A DNA stretch of 64,000 nucleotides, from the NCBI GenBank assembly GCA_963771175.1, contig CAVYSY010000032.1, positions 512,001 to 576,000 on the forward strand, read 5' to 3'. Position numbers and translations under genes: made by a program. How positions within the stretch are numbered: the first letter of the stretch is position 1; the number at the start of each line of letters is the position of its first letter. Source of the DNA: an uncultured delta proteobacterium. GTDB taxonomy: Bacteria > Myxococcota > Myxococcia > Myxococcales > Myxococcaceae. Below, piece after piece: positions 10,664-21,499 of this stretch. Below the pieces are notes generated by a model. The model saw nothing but the letters and a program-made list of their open reading frames with translations, made no database searches and was not told where the DNA came from.

Positions 10664-11938
10664 TCAGGGCACGATGAGGAGGATGGTTTCCGCATCCGGG
10701 TCGTTGGATGTGGTGCGCGACTGGTGGCCGGGACCACGGCCCGACGTGGGCGCGTCATACTCCACCTGATAGCGGCGGCCTTTATAGTCGAACTGCAGGT
10801 CCGGGCGGTTGACCCCGACGCGCTGGCCGTTGCGATACGTGAGTTGCTGCTGGTTCACCCGGATGTTCGTGGCGCCTATGTCATCCAGGTATTGGATGTC
10901 CGCCTGAAGCTGCGCGTTCTGCGTGGGGCTGGAGCCAATGGGACGGCTCACCTCTCGTGCGCCGGGCACCTTCGGCTTGACCGCGATATCCTGAGGCAGG
11001 CGTGGGCCAGGAATCACTGGCCGTGTCGGGTTGTTGCCAGCGAGCGCCTGGACCAATCCTGGCGATGGCGCGGGTGAGGCCGACGCGGGAGCGGGCGCTA
11101 CTGGCGCGGGAGCGGGTTCGAGAGGGGGTGCGGCGGATCGCGACACCGGCCGTCGCGGCGCCGGAGCATTCCCCCCGAGTCCCTCCTCCCGAGAAAACGG
11201 ACGAAGTGCTGGCGCCGAGCCCACCCGCACCACGCGCGAGAAGACTCCCTGCAGGACCTTGGTCCCCGTCAGGGTCAACAACAGGACCTTCAGCTCGCGC
11301 TGGACCGTCTCCGCCAGTTGCGTCCGAACCTCGAGCATCGCCCGGGCAATGCGAGGCGTGGTGGCCGGAGAGAAGAGGGTGGGCACGATGAGCGCGCCTC
11401 CCGCGCCCCTGTAATAGGCATACCTCGAGGGGCTCGACCCGGGGACATTGGCCGCCGTGTCCACCAGGGCCGTATCCCGGTCCGGGTAGATGGATGCACT
11501 CAGCGGTTCCGCGCTCTCGAGTCCCAGGTCCACATGAGACTCCGGGACAAGCACGGGCTGCGGCAGCCCCTCACAGTAGAGAAGATACCCTCCTGCGGTG
11601 AGGACAAAGCCCACGGCGGTCACACGGACATCGACGAAGTCCCGATGCGCTCGGGGGTCAGCCAGCCCTTGAGAGGCCCGAGGCAACTGGACGCCGCTCT
11701 GGCGCAGTTCCGCTGCCCGCCGTGGCGTGGGGGCCTCGAAATCGACGTCGACGGCCTGCTGCCCGAAACCTGCCGTATCCCGGTAGTGCTGAGCCGCGAC
11801 AGGGCTGTTCTGCGCGTACCACGCAGGCCCCACCAGGTCGGGCTTCGCTGCACATCCCGCGAGAAACAACAGGAGCGCAAGCCCACTCAACCCACGGAGC
11901 CACCACCCCCTGGAATGGCAATACGTCACGAGGCGCAT
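10664..11938 (-). CDS. Lipoprotein polymorphic toxin (SitA-like) with C-terminal PD-(D/E)xK-like nuclease domain
   Basis: Lipobox LLLFLAGC, Pro/Ala linker, and C-terminal NRPDLQF..YQVEYD. Confidence 0.7.
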   Translation of the reverse strand: MRLVTYCHSRGWWLRGLSGLALLLFLAGCAAKPDLVGPAWYAQNSPVAAQHYRDTAGFGQQAVDVDFEAPTPRRAAELRQSGVQLPRASQGLADPRAHRDFVDVRVTAVGFVLTAGGYLLYCEGLPQPVLVPESHVDLGLESAEPLSASIYPDRDTALVDTAANVPGSSPSRYAYYRGAGGALIVPTLFSPATTPRIARAMLEVRTQLAETVQRELKVLLLTLTGTKVLQGVFSRVVRVGSAPALRPFSREEGLGGNAPAPRRPVSRSAAPPLEPAPAPVAPAPASASPAPSPGLVQALAGNNPTRPVIPGPRLPQDIAVKPKVPGAREVSRPIGSSPTQNAQLQADIQYLDDIGATNIRVNQQQLTYRNGQRVGVNRPDLQFDYKGRRYQVEYDAPTSGRGPGHQSRTTSNDPDAETILLIVP

Positions 11939-12187
11939 GAATCCCTTCCCGTTCGAGGCGAGTGCTCAGGGTCCACGGGGAGCCCTACGAAGCAACGATG
12001 CAGAACCCACGTGGAACCCTGAAGGACGCGAGAGGTAGATGGCAGCGGGCTCGCCCGGCACCGATGACGCAGCGCACCACCCACATGACACGGGACCAGA
12101 GAAGCGCGCCCTGGATTCATCAAGCCATCGTCGAATTCGTCAAAGATGACGCTTGCGCTGGGCCGTCTTGCTGGTTACCTAGGGTCC

Positions 12188-15100
12188 ATGCCCACGCCCC
12201 CCAGACTCTTCGGCGAAGCCCTCCGCGCAGCTGCGGCTCCCTGGCGCGAGGAGCTCGGCAAATCCGACCGGGACCGGCTCGATGCCTTGCTCGGCCTCGC
12301 CGTCAGGGAGCACATCCCTCTGTCCGACTGTCTCGCGGCGCTCTTCCCGGGCACGGAGACACGGAAGGCCCAGACCGCCCTGACCTCCTTCCGCAAGCGG
12401 CTCAACGATGCCGCGAAGGGAGAGGGCCGCGCCGACCTCGGTCTTCGCTTCCAGGTGGACACCAAGAAGCAGAACCCCCCCACCGAACGCCTCTGCTGGT
12501 TCACCGGACCCGATCCCGCCGTGATGAAGGCGGAGCAGGTCTCCGACCAGCTCACAGCCGATGTCCAAGGCATGCCCTTCGTCCCGTCCCGAGGGATCAC
12601 CACCACCGGGAATGCGATGGCCTCGGGAAAGCGGGTCATCCGCTTCTTCGTCTCCTACGCCCACGACAACAGGCAGCTCGCCGAGGCGCTCGTGAAGGAC
12701 CTGGGCACCCATTTCGCCGCATCCGCCCGCTACGCGCTCATCCCCTGGATGGACCGTGACATCCTGGTGGGTGAGCGCTGGAAGGAGAGCATCGAAGAGG
12801 CCATCAAGGACTGCGACTTCGGCCTCATGCTGCTCAGCCCGGCCTTCTTCGCGAGCAGATTCATCAAGGCGCACGAGCTGCCCCGGTTCGTGGGCGCTCC
12901 GGACAATCCCAGACTCAAGCCCGTCCTGCCCGTGGGATTGGTGCCGATCACGTTCGGCAGGCACGATCTCCAGGGGCTTGAAGAGCACCAGATCTTCCGA
13001 TTCCAAAACGAGCGGCTCGAGGGGCGCTACTACGATCAGATGCCGGCTGGCGCCCGGAGGCGCGAGTTCGTCCGCCAGCTCCACCTCGCCATCGAGAAGC
13101 GCCTCGACGCTTTTTTTTTGACTCCCCCTCCCGGCACGCCCCCCTCCCCTCCCAGGCCCGAGGCACGCACTCCTGACCTCCTCGCCGACCATGTCCCGGT
13201 TCCGGAGGAGACCCCCAACCACCAGCGCAACAAGGGCCTCCCGCTCGCCCTGGTGGACCTGGAGCGGCTCGACACCGGAGGACTCGACCTCGCGGAGCAC
13301 GTCCAGGCGCGCGACGCGCTCGACGAGCTCGAGTCCTGGGCCACCAACTCCGCCGCTCCGCCATTCTTCGCGCTGCTCGGGGAATATGGCATTGGCAAGA
13401 CCACCACCCTGAAGCAGCTCACCCGTCACCTGCTGGAGGAACGCAAGTCCAGACCGGAGCTGCCGCTCCCCATCTACGTGGACCTCCGCGCCTACGTCGG
13501 CGAGACCCGGGACAGCGTTCCCACCATCGAGCAGCTCCTCGCCCGTGTGATGGAGCGGAGCTGGAAGCTGCGGGACCGCAACATCACCCCCCAGGACGTT
13601 CTGCGCCTCGTCCGGGAGGAGGGCGCGCTCATCCTCTTCGATGGTCTGGACGAGAAGATCGTCCACCTCCAGCCCGACCGCGCCCGTGACTTCATCCGCA
13701 CGCTCTGGGCCGTCCTCCCTGATGCCGCACGAAGCGAGGACCCCCTGCCGCCCGGGAAGCGCCGGGGCAAGTTCCTCATCTCCTGCCGCTCTCATTACTT
13801 CCGCGACGTGTTGAGTCAGAACTCGATGCTCGTCGGCGAGGATCGCGAGGGCTTCGAGCGCAACCAGTTTCCCGCCCTCTGCCTCCTGCCATTCACCGAG
13901 GAGCAGATCCGGAGCTATCTGACTTCGCTCCTCGGAGACGCGGAGCGTGGGGCGGAGGCGTTCGAAGTCATTGCCTCCATCCACAATCTCCGGGAGCTCG
14001 CGCAACGGCCCTACCTGCTCACCCTCATCAGCGGCCGCCTCGGAGAGCTGGAGACGCTCCAGGCCCAGGGCGAACAGGTGAATGCCGCGCGGCTGTACGA
14101 ACTCGTCGTCCGCTCCTGGCTCAACCGCGACGACGGGAAGCACCAGCTCGACCCCGTGCACAAGAGCCGCATCATGGAGGACCTCGCCGCCGCGCTCTGG
14201 CGTGACGGCAGCAAGCAGTGGGACGTGGAGCGCCTCGAGGCATGGTTCGACGAGTATCTCGCCGGGAACCCCGCGCTCGCCGCGGCCTACGCGAACAAGG
14301 ACCGCGCCGTCCTCAAGGAGGATCTCCGCACCGCCACCTTCGTGCTGCGGCCCACCACGGAGGAGAAGCACTTCCGCTTCGCCCATACCTCCCTGCAGGA
14401 ATACTTCCTCGCCGCCCACCTCAAGCGCGCGCTGGTCGAGGGACAGGTGGCGCGCTGGGACCTGCCGAGGGTCTCCCGGGAGACGCTGGACTTCCTCGGG
14501 CAGCTCCTGGCCCTCGAGCCCCGGCCCGAGGCCCTGCGCTCGCTGGAGGCCATTCTGGGCGGCGAGTGCCTCGCCGCGGCCGTGCTCGCGTTCGCCTACT
14601 GGCTGCGCGCCCTCGAGCAGGGGCACCCGGTGCCCGCCCCGCAAGCGAGTGAAGCTCGCCGGGGCGGACCTGGAAGAATGGCACCTGCGCGGCCGCGGCC
14701 CCGCGCAGCCGCTGAACCTGCGCGGGGCCGACCTTTCCGGCGTGCGAGCTCAATCGCGCCGGGTCGAGCACGTGAACCTCGCCGATGCCGATCTCACCGC
14801 GCTACAGGCGAGGCAGGCGCTGTTCTTGAAGGTGAGCGCGCCGCGAGCGCGAGCACGGAATGCCGATTTCCGCGGGCTGCGGTGGCGGGAGGGCTCGCTG
14901 TTGGGCGCGGAGCTCCGCGGAGCACAGCTCGCGGGTTGTCAGTTCATCCGGGTGGACCTCGCCGGGGCGAGCCTGCCGGAGGGATGGGAGCGCCACGCCA
15001 CCGTCGTGGAGGAACGCCGAAGCGCTCCCCCTCCTCGAATGGGTACGCCGTCCCTGGCGGTGCTCCTCGGTCACGCCAACTACGGTGAGGGCGTGCGCGT

Positions 15101-17014
15101 GGAGTCCAGACGGCCAGCGCCTCCTGTCTGGCTCTTCCGACAAGTCCCTGCGGGTGTGGGACGCCGCGTCCGGCGACTGCCTTCTCACCCTCTCCGGCCA
15201 TGCCTCCCCGGTGACGGCGTGCGCGTGGAGTCCGGACGGCCAGCGCCTCCTGTCTGGCTCTGACGACCACTCCCTGAGGGTGTGGGACGCCACGTCCGGC
15301 GACTGCCTTCTCACCCTCTCCGGCCATGCCTCCTCGGTGAATGCGTGCGCGTGGAGTCCGGACGGCCAGCGCCTCCTGTCGGGCTCTTCCGACCACTCCC
15401 TGCAGGGTGTGGGACGCCACGTCCGGCGACATGCCTTCTCACCCTCTCCGGCCATGCCTCCTCGGTGAGGGCGTGCGCGTGGAGTCCGGACGGCCAGCGC
15501 CTCCTGTCGGGCTCTTCCGACAACTCCCTGCGGGTGTGGGACGCCGCGTCCGGCGACTGCCTTCTCACCCTCTCCGGCCATGCCTCCTCGGTGACGGCGT
15601 GCGCGTGGAGTCCGGACGGCCAGCGCCTCCTGTCGGGCTCTTCCGACAACTCCCTGAGGGTGTGGGACGCCGCGTCCGGCGACTGCCTTCTCACCCTCTC
15701 CGGCCATGCCTCCTCGGTGTTGGCGTGCGCGTGGAGTCCGGACGGCCGGCGCCTCCTGTCGGGCTCTTTCGACCACTCCCTGAAGGTGTGGGACGCCACG
15801 TCCGGCGACTGCCTGCTCACCCTCTCGGGCCATGCCTCCCATGCCTCCCCGGTGACGGCGTGCGCGTGGAGTCCGGACGGCCGGCGCCTCCTGTCGGGCT
15901 CTTTCGACAACTCCCTGAGGGTGTGGGACGCCGCGTCCGGCGACTGCCTTCTCACCCTCTCCGGCCATGCCTCCCATGCCCCCCGGTGACGGCATGCGCG
16001 TGGAGTCCGGACGGCCAGCGCCTCCTGTCTGGCTCTGACGACAGCTCCCTGAGGGTGTGGGACGCCGCGTCCGGCGACTGCCTTCTCACCCTCTCCGGCC
16101 ATGCCTCCTCGGTATTGGCGTGCGCGTGGAGTCCGGACGGCCAGCGCCTCCTGTCTGGCTCTGCCGACAGCTCCCTGAGGGTGTGGGACGCCACGTCCGG
16201 CGACTGCCTTCTCACCCTCTCCGGCCATGCCTCCTGGGTGAATGCGTGCGCGTGGAGTCCGGACGGCCAGCGCCTCCTGTCTGGCTCTGACGACAGCTCC
16301 CTGCAGGTGTGGGACGCCGCGTCCGGCGACTGCCTTCTCACCCTCTCCGGCCATGCCGATTCGGTGTGGGCGTGCGCATGGAGTCCGGACGGCCAGCGCC
16401 TCCTGTCTGGCTCTTCCGACCACTCCCTGCGGGTGTGGGACGCCGCGTCCGGCGACTGCCTTCTCACCCTCTCCGGCCATGCCTCCCCGGTGACGGCATG
16501 CGCGTGGAGTCCGGACAGCCAGCGCCTCCTGTCTGGCTCTGACGACAGCTCCCTGCGGGTGTGGGACGCCGCGTCCGGCGACTGCCTTCTCACCCTCTCC
16601 GGCCATGCCGATTCGGTGTGGGCGTGCGCGTGGAGTCCGGACGGCCGGCGCCTCCTGTCTGGCTCTTCCGACAGCTCCCTGAGGGGGTGGGACGCCACGT
16701 CCGGCGACTGCCTTCTCACCCTCTCCGGCCATGCCTCCTGGGTGAATGCGTGCGCGTGGAGTCCGGACGGCCAGCGCCTCCTGTCTGGCTCTTCCGACCA
16801 CTCCCTGAGGGTGTGGGACGCATCCTCGGGCCAATGCGTCTGGTCCAGCCATCTCTTCCCGGAGGGGCAAATCGCGTCAATCGACGAGGTTCACGGACGC
16901 GTCCTCCATGCATCCCCCGAAGCCTGGCGCTGGCTGGGCTGGCGCTGGAACGACCCCGCCACTGGCCAGCTTCGTATCCTCCCCGCTGAATCCCTTGGCC
17001 CACTCCCCGCTTGA
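12188..17014 (+). CDS. NLR-like STAND protein: wHTH-like N-terminus, TIR, NACHT, pentapeptide repeats, 14 WD40 repeats (frameshifts near 14640, 15080, 15405-15430 and 15985)
   Basis: TIR FFVSYAH..WMDRDI..LLSPAFFAS..HEL, Walker A GEYGIGKTT, Walker B LILFDGLDE, FAHTSLQEYF, LRGADL repeats and GH..WD repeats. Confidence 0.85.
15069..16850 (+). repeat. 14 tandem 126-bp WD40-coding repeats with very high internal identity
   Basis: Unit heads GGCCATGCC recur at 126-bp spacing (about 15450, 15576, 15702, 15828, then 16097, 16223, 16349, 16475, 16601, 16727). Two units carry a 9-bp CATGCCTCC duplication. Confidence 0.95.
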
Positions 17015-17083
17015 TTGGCTGCGCGGTGCCTCGTCCGCCCGGCGGTGACGAATCGAACCACAGGGGTCATCCCGGGTCCGCCG

Positions 17084-17119
17084 CCCCTCACCCCGACCCT
17101 CTCCCGGACGGAGAGGGAG
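17084..17119. repeat. REP-like palindromic element
   Basis: CCCCTCACCCCGACCCTCTCCCGGACGGAGAGGGAG, with stem CCCTCTCC/GGAGAGGG, overlapping the XRE gene stop codon. Confidence 0.6.
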
Positions 17120-17612
17120 GGGTTTGCGGGGTTTTCGCTCTCCTCGCCCGGTGGTAGTGCGCCACGCACAGCTCCTTGGCCAGCACCGGCTTCCCACAGC
17201 CCGGCTCCTTGCAGCGGGGAGCCTCCTCGGGGCGGCGCCTGTCCGGTGGCTCCCGCTGGCCGAACATCGCCTCCGCCACCGCCAGCAGCCGATCCACCTC
17301 GGCCCGTCCCAGCCCGCGCGCGCGCACGAACTCCACCAGCCGGTGCGCCCCCGCCGCCTCGTCCTCCTCCACCCGGAAGAGCTCCGCCAGGGGCACGCCC
17401 AGCGCCGCCGCCACCTGAACGAGCGTCTCGTAGCTGGGGCTGCGCTCGCCCCGCTCCAGCAGCGACGCGAAGCTCACCGAGATGCCACACCGGGCGGCGA
17501 AGTCCTCCTGGGTCAGCCCCCGCCGCTCGCGCAGGGTGCGGATGCGGCGCGCGAGCCCCTGCAGGTGCCCGCTCGCATCCTGGGCTGACGGGGAACTGGA
17601 GCGCATCGCCAA
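17088..17612 (-). CDS. XRE-family HTH regulator with C-terminal Cys/His zinc finger
   Basis: RIRTLRERRGLTQEDFAARCGISVSFASLLERGERSPS, and CKEPGC..LCVAHY. Confidence 0.85.
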   Translation of the reverse strand: MAMRSSSPSAQDASGHLQGLARRIRTLRERRGLTQEDFAARCGISVSFASLLERGERSPSYETLVQVAAALGVPLAELFRVEEDEAAGAHRLVEFVRARGLGRAEVDRLLAVAEAMFGQREPPDRRRPEEAPRCKEPGCGKPVLAKELCVAHYHRARRAKTPQTPPSPSGRGSG

Positions 17613-17697
17613 CCCATGTTAGCGCACCCCTTCTGTTAAGGTCTCGCGCCGTCGCAGGTCCCCCGCGCGAGGGACGCCCCAGGAGAGCACCCCGGCC

Positions 17698-18927
17698 ATG
17701 CACGCCGTCGAAGCGATTCACCACTACTTCCGCAAGGCCGCTCGCATCATGGACGTGGGTGAGCGCATCGAGACGCTGCTCGCCACGCCCCTGCGCGAGG
17801 TGAAGGTCCAGGTCTCCATCGAGCTCGACAGCGGGGAGATCCGCACCTTCCACGGCTACCGCATCCAGCACGACAACAGCCGCGGCCCCATGAAGGGCGG
17901 CCTGCGCTACCACCCCACCATCAACCAGGACGAGTGCGTGGCGCTCGCCTCGCTGATGACGTGGAAGACGGCCGTGGTGAACCTCCCCTATGGCGGGGCC
18001 AAGGGCGGCATCGCGGTGGACCCCACCCAGCTCAGCTTCAAGGAGATGGAGCGCCTCACCCGCAAGTACGTGGACCAGATTCAAGACGTCATCGGTCCCA
18101 CCCGGGACATCGCCGCGCCCGACGTCAACACCAACCCCCAGGTGATGGCGTGGATCATGGACCAGTACTCGCGCTACCACGGGCACTCGCCGGCCGTCGT
18201 CACCGGCAAGCCGCCGGAGCTGTACGGCACCAAGGGCCGTGACTCGGCCACCGGGCGCGGGCTGCTCTACATCACCCGCGAAATCCTCCGGGACACGGGC
18301 ATGCCCATGAAGGGCACGCGCTTCGCCATCCAGGGCTTCGGCAACGTGGGCAGCCACACCGCGCAACTGCTGTCGCAGGACGGAGGCGTGGTGGTGGCCG
18401 TCGCGGACGTGTACGGCGGCGTCTACAACCCGCAGGGCCTGGACGTCCCCGGCCTCTTCGAGCACGTAAAGCGCACCGGCACCGTCACCGGCTTCGGCGG
18501 GGGCCAGGCATGCAAGAGCGAGGACGTGCTGGCCGCCGACTGCGACGTGCTCATCCCCGCCGCGCTCGGCCATTCGCTCAACCGCACCACCGCCAACGCG
18601 GTGCGCGCCCGGCTCATCATCGAGGGCGCCAACGGCCCCACCGACCCCGAGGCCGATGAGATTCTCGAGAAGAACGGCGTGCTCGTGGTGCCGGACATCC
18701 TCGCCAACGCGGGCGGTGTGACCGTCAGCTACTACGAGTGGGTGCAGAATCTCCAGCACCTCTCCTGGGAGGAGGACCGGGTGAACGCCGAGCTGGAGAA
18801 GACGATGAAGGAGGCCTACGACCGGGTGGCCCAGGTCGCGCGCTCGCGCAAGGTGACGTTGCGCACCGCGGCATTCATCCTGGCGATCGGCCGCGTGGGC
18901 AAGGCCACGGTGCTGCGCGGCATCTGA
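17698..18927 (+). CDS. gdhA: Glu/Leu/Phe/Val dehydrogenase (glutamate dehydrogenase)
   Basis: GPMKGGLRYHP, GGAKGG, APDVNT, QGFGNVG and EGANGP motifs. Confidence 0.92.
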   Translation: MHAVEAIHHYFRKAARIMDVGERIETLLATPLREVKVQVSIELDSGEIRTFHGYRIQHDNSRGPMKGGLRYHPTINQDECVALASLMTWKTAVVNLPYGGAKGGIAVDPTQLSFKEMERLTRKYVDQIQDVIGPTRDIAAPDVNTNPQVMAWIMDQYSRYHGHSPAVVTGKPPELYGTKGRDSATGRGLLYITREILRDTGMPMKGTRFAIQGFGNVGSHTAQLLSQDGGVVVAVADVYGGVYNPQGLDVPGLFEHVKRTGTVTGFGGGQACKSEDVLAADCDVLIPAALGHSLNRTTANAVRARLIIEGANGPTDPEADEILEKNGVLVVPDILANAGGVTVSYYEWVQNLQHLSWEEDRVNAELEKTMKEAYDRVAQVARSRKVTLRTAAFILAIGRVGKATVLRGI

Positions 18928-19010
18928 CAGACGAGCAGGCGGGCGTCTCCCCGAGGCTCCCGCCCCTTTCGCCCGGGCAGCGCTTCGGTTATCAGGCCCG
19001 ACACAAGCCC

Positions 19011-20226
19011 ATGGTCACCCTCCAGCAGATCGAAGACGCCCAGCAGCGCATCGGAGAATGCCGTCTACCGCTCTCCCTGCCCGAAGTCGGAGCAGTTCAA
19101 GGAGCTCACGGACTGCTCGGCGCTCTTCTGCAAGCTGGAGAACCTGCAGCGCACGGGTGCCTTCAAGGAGCGCGGCGCCCTCAACAAGCTGCTCACCCTC
19201 ACACCGGAGGAGCGGGCCCGCGGCGTCATCGCCGCCTCGGCGGGCAACCACTCGCAGGGGCTCGCCTACCACGCGGGCCGTTTGAGCGTGAACGCCACCA
19301 TCGTGATGCCGGAGCGCACCCCGCTCATCAAGGCCACGCGCACGCGCGGCTACGGCGCCACGGTGGTGCTGCACGGCACCAACTTCGACGAGGCCTACGC
19401 CGAGGCCCTGCGCATCCAGGATCGCGAGAACCGCGTCTTCGTCCACCCCTTCAATGATCCGCTCGTCATCGCCGGCCAGGGCACCATCGGCCTGGAGCTG
19501 CTCGAGCAGATTCCGTACATGGACATGGTGGTGGTGCCCATCGGCGGCGGCGGGCTCATCTCCGGCGTGGCGTGCGCGCTCAAGGAGACCAACCCGCGCA
19601 TCAAAATCATCGGCGTGCAGGCCGCGGCCATCGCGAGCATGAAGGCCTCGGTGGACGCGGGGAAGCTGGTGGAGCTGCCCGCCGGCACCACCATCGCGGA
19701 CGGCATCGCGGTGAAGCGCCCCGGCGACTACACCTACGAGATGATCCGCCGCTACGTGGACGACATCGTCACGGTGGACGAGGAGGAGATCGCCAACGCC
19801 ATCCTCCTGCTGCTCGAGCGAGAGAAAACGGTGGTGGAGGGCGCGGGAGCGGTGGGCCTGGCGGCGCTCATCCACGGGAAGATTCCCTCGGCGCGCGGCC
19901 GCAAGGTGGTGCTGCTCATCTCGGGCGGCAACATCGACGTCAACCTCGTCAGCCGCATCATCGAGCGCGGCCTGGTGAAGGACGGGCGACTGGTGCGGCT
20001 GAGCGTGCGCATGCCGGACCGGCCGGGGATGCTCGCGCAGCTCACCGCGGAGATTGCCCAGCAGGGCGCCAACGTGGTGGAGATCTACCACAACCGAGCC
20101 TTCTCCAAGGCGGGCCTGGGCGAGGTGGCGGTGGAGGTGACGCTGGAGACGCGCGGGCGCGGCCACATCGTGGACCTGATCGCCAGCCTGTCGCGGAACG
20201 GCTGGCAGGTCGCGGAAGAGACCTGA
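19011..20226 (+). CDS. ilvA: Threonine ammonia-lyase with ACT domain (frameshift near 19058)
   Basis: KLENLQRTGAFKERGA, ASAGNH, PIGGGGLISG, SGGNID and a C-terminal ACT (PDRPG). Confidence 0.9.
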
Positions 20227-20378
20227 GGCGCTGGCCCTCACTTCTGGACGTCCAGAAGCAACCCGCACTCGTAGTCGGCTACGAGTGACGCAGCAGTGAA
20301 CCTGCTGGGTTGTCCGATACGGAGGGGTGTCAGTGGGGAGGCTTAGGGTGTCCGAGCAACCCGAGTCTCGGAGGCCCC

Positions 20379-20850
20379 ATGAAGCGCTCTTCCGTGGTGC
20401 TCGTCCTCCTGTCCCTGCTGTGCCTGCCGGCGTGCATGTCCTTCGTTGGCGGGCCGTGGGGCATCCCGCCATCCCAATTCCAGTTCCGGCCCATCGTTCC
20501 ACGGAGGGTACCTGGGCCCGGTGGGTGGAAGTCCGCCCGGGTCACCGTCCAATTGGTACACGTGACGGACCAGGGGGTTCGCAGGAACGTCTGGTGCACC
20601 ATCGACGTGGAGGTGCCGGAGGTCAATTTCCGCGGAGTCGTGACTGACGAATTCGCCCAATGGGAAGCCGCGAAGGCGTCGGATATCGCCTCCGAGCGAA
20701 CACTGAGACGAGAGGGGCTGTTCTCGGCGGAGCTGTGCGAACATTTCAGGAAAGAATTGGAGAAAGAGCTGGGAAGAACCGTTGATGGTGCTCGCGTCAT
20801 CAGGCCCAATGACCTGGACTCGCACATGGAATTGAAGGCGCCTCCGGTGA
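20379..20850 (+). CDS. Small lipoprotein, candidate toxin (3' end uncertain because of a probable indel)
   Basis: GGAGG RBS, signal MKRSSVVLVLLSLLCLPAC, and lower GC3 than neighbours. Confidence 0.55.
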
Positions 20851-21431
20851 CCTGTCCCCCCCTCGGTTGCTGGAACTGGTCCACCAGTACTACCCGGCCA
20901 ATCTCCGGGATGCCGACGAGGGCTACGCCGAGTCGGCGCAGTACCAACGCCTTCTGCGGACACGTCAGGAAGCCCTGAACAACTCCGGACCCTGGAAACA
21001 TCTGCTCTCCAGGTTGACAGAGGCGCTGCCCGGTTGCCGTGTGGAGGACTGGAGCGTCCTCTTCTCCGATGACAACTGCTGGCGTGCCCGGGTGTACCTC
21101 CCCGAGGTTCATCCAACTCGAGGGCGGAGGTGCAGGAGGTCCGGGCCGTCGTGGTGCTCGTCAGCATCCTGGCGCCGGTATACGTGCGCTATAGCTCCTT
21201 CCGAAAGGTCTTCGGACGGCAGGTGGAAAAAGACGAAGCTCTTCTACGAGGACGTGCCGGAGACGAAGCCCTACGCGGACACCATGGAGGCGCTGGTGCG
21301 CTCGGAACTGGGCGTTCAGCCCCTGCCTCTCGATACGCTCTTCACCCCGGTTCCCGACATCCAGTGCCGCAACACATCCCTTGGTAAGGCCCAGCTCATC
21401 GACTGCCTCTTCACCGTACGACCGCTGGTAG
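20826..21431 (+). CDS. Hypothetical protein, candidate immunity partner (frameshifted)
   Basis: LLELVHQYYPANL..VVVLVSILAPVY..LFTPVPDIQ..LIDCLFT pieced together from two frames. Probable TAG at 21429-21431. Confidence 0.55.
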
Positions 21432-21499
21432 AGGCGCGTCCCACCTCGTTCAGGGCGCCCACTTCGCTCCGGGGCACCGGCTCGGCGATACTGCGCCCC

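Noticed and set aside
15069..16850. CRISPR array or diversity-generating retroelement
   Set aside because: The repeats are contiguous coding units with no unique spacers. There is no cas or reverse transcriptase gene, and the variation is not adenine-specific.
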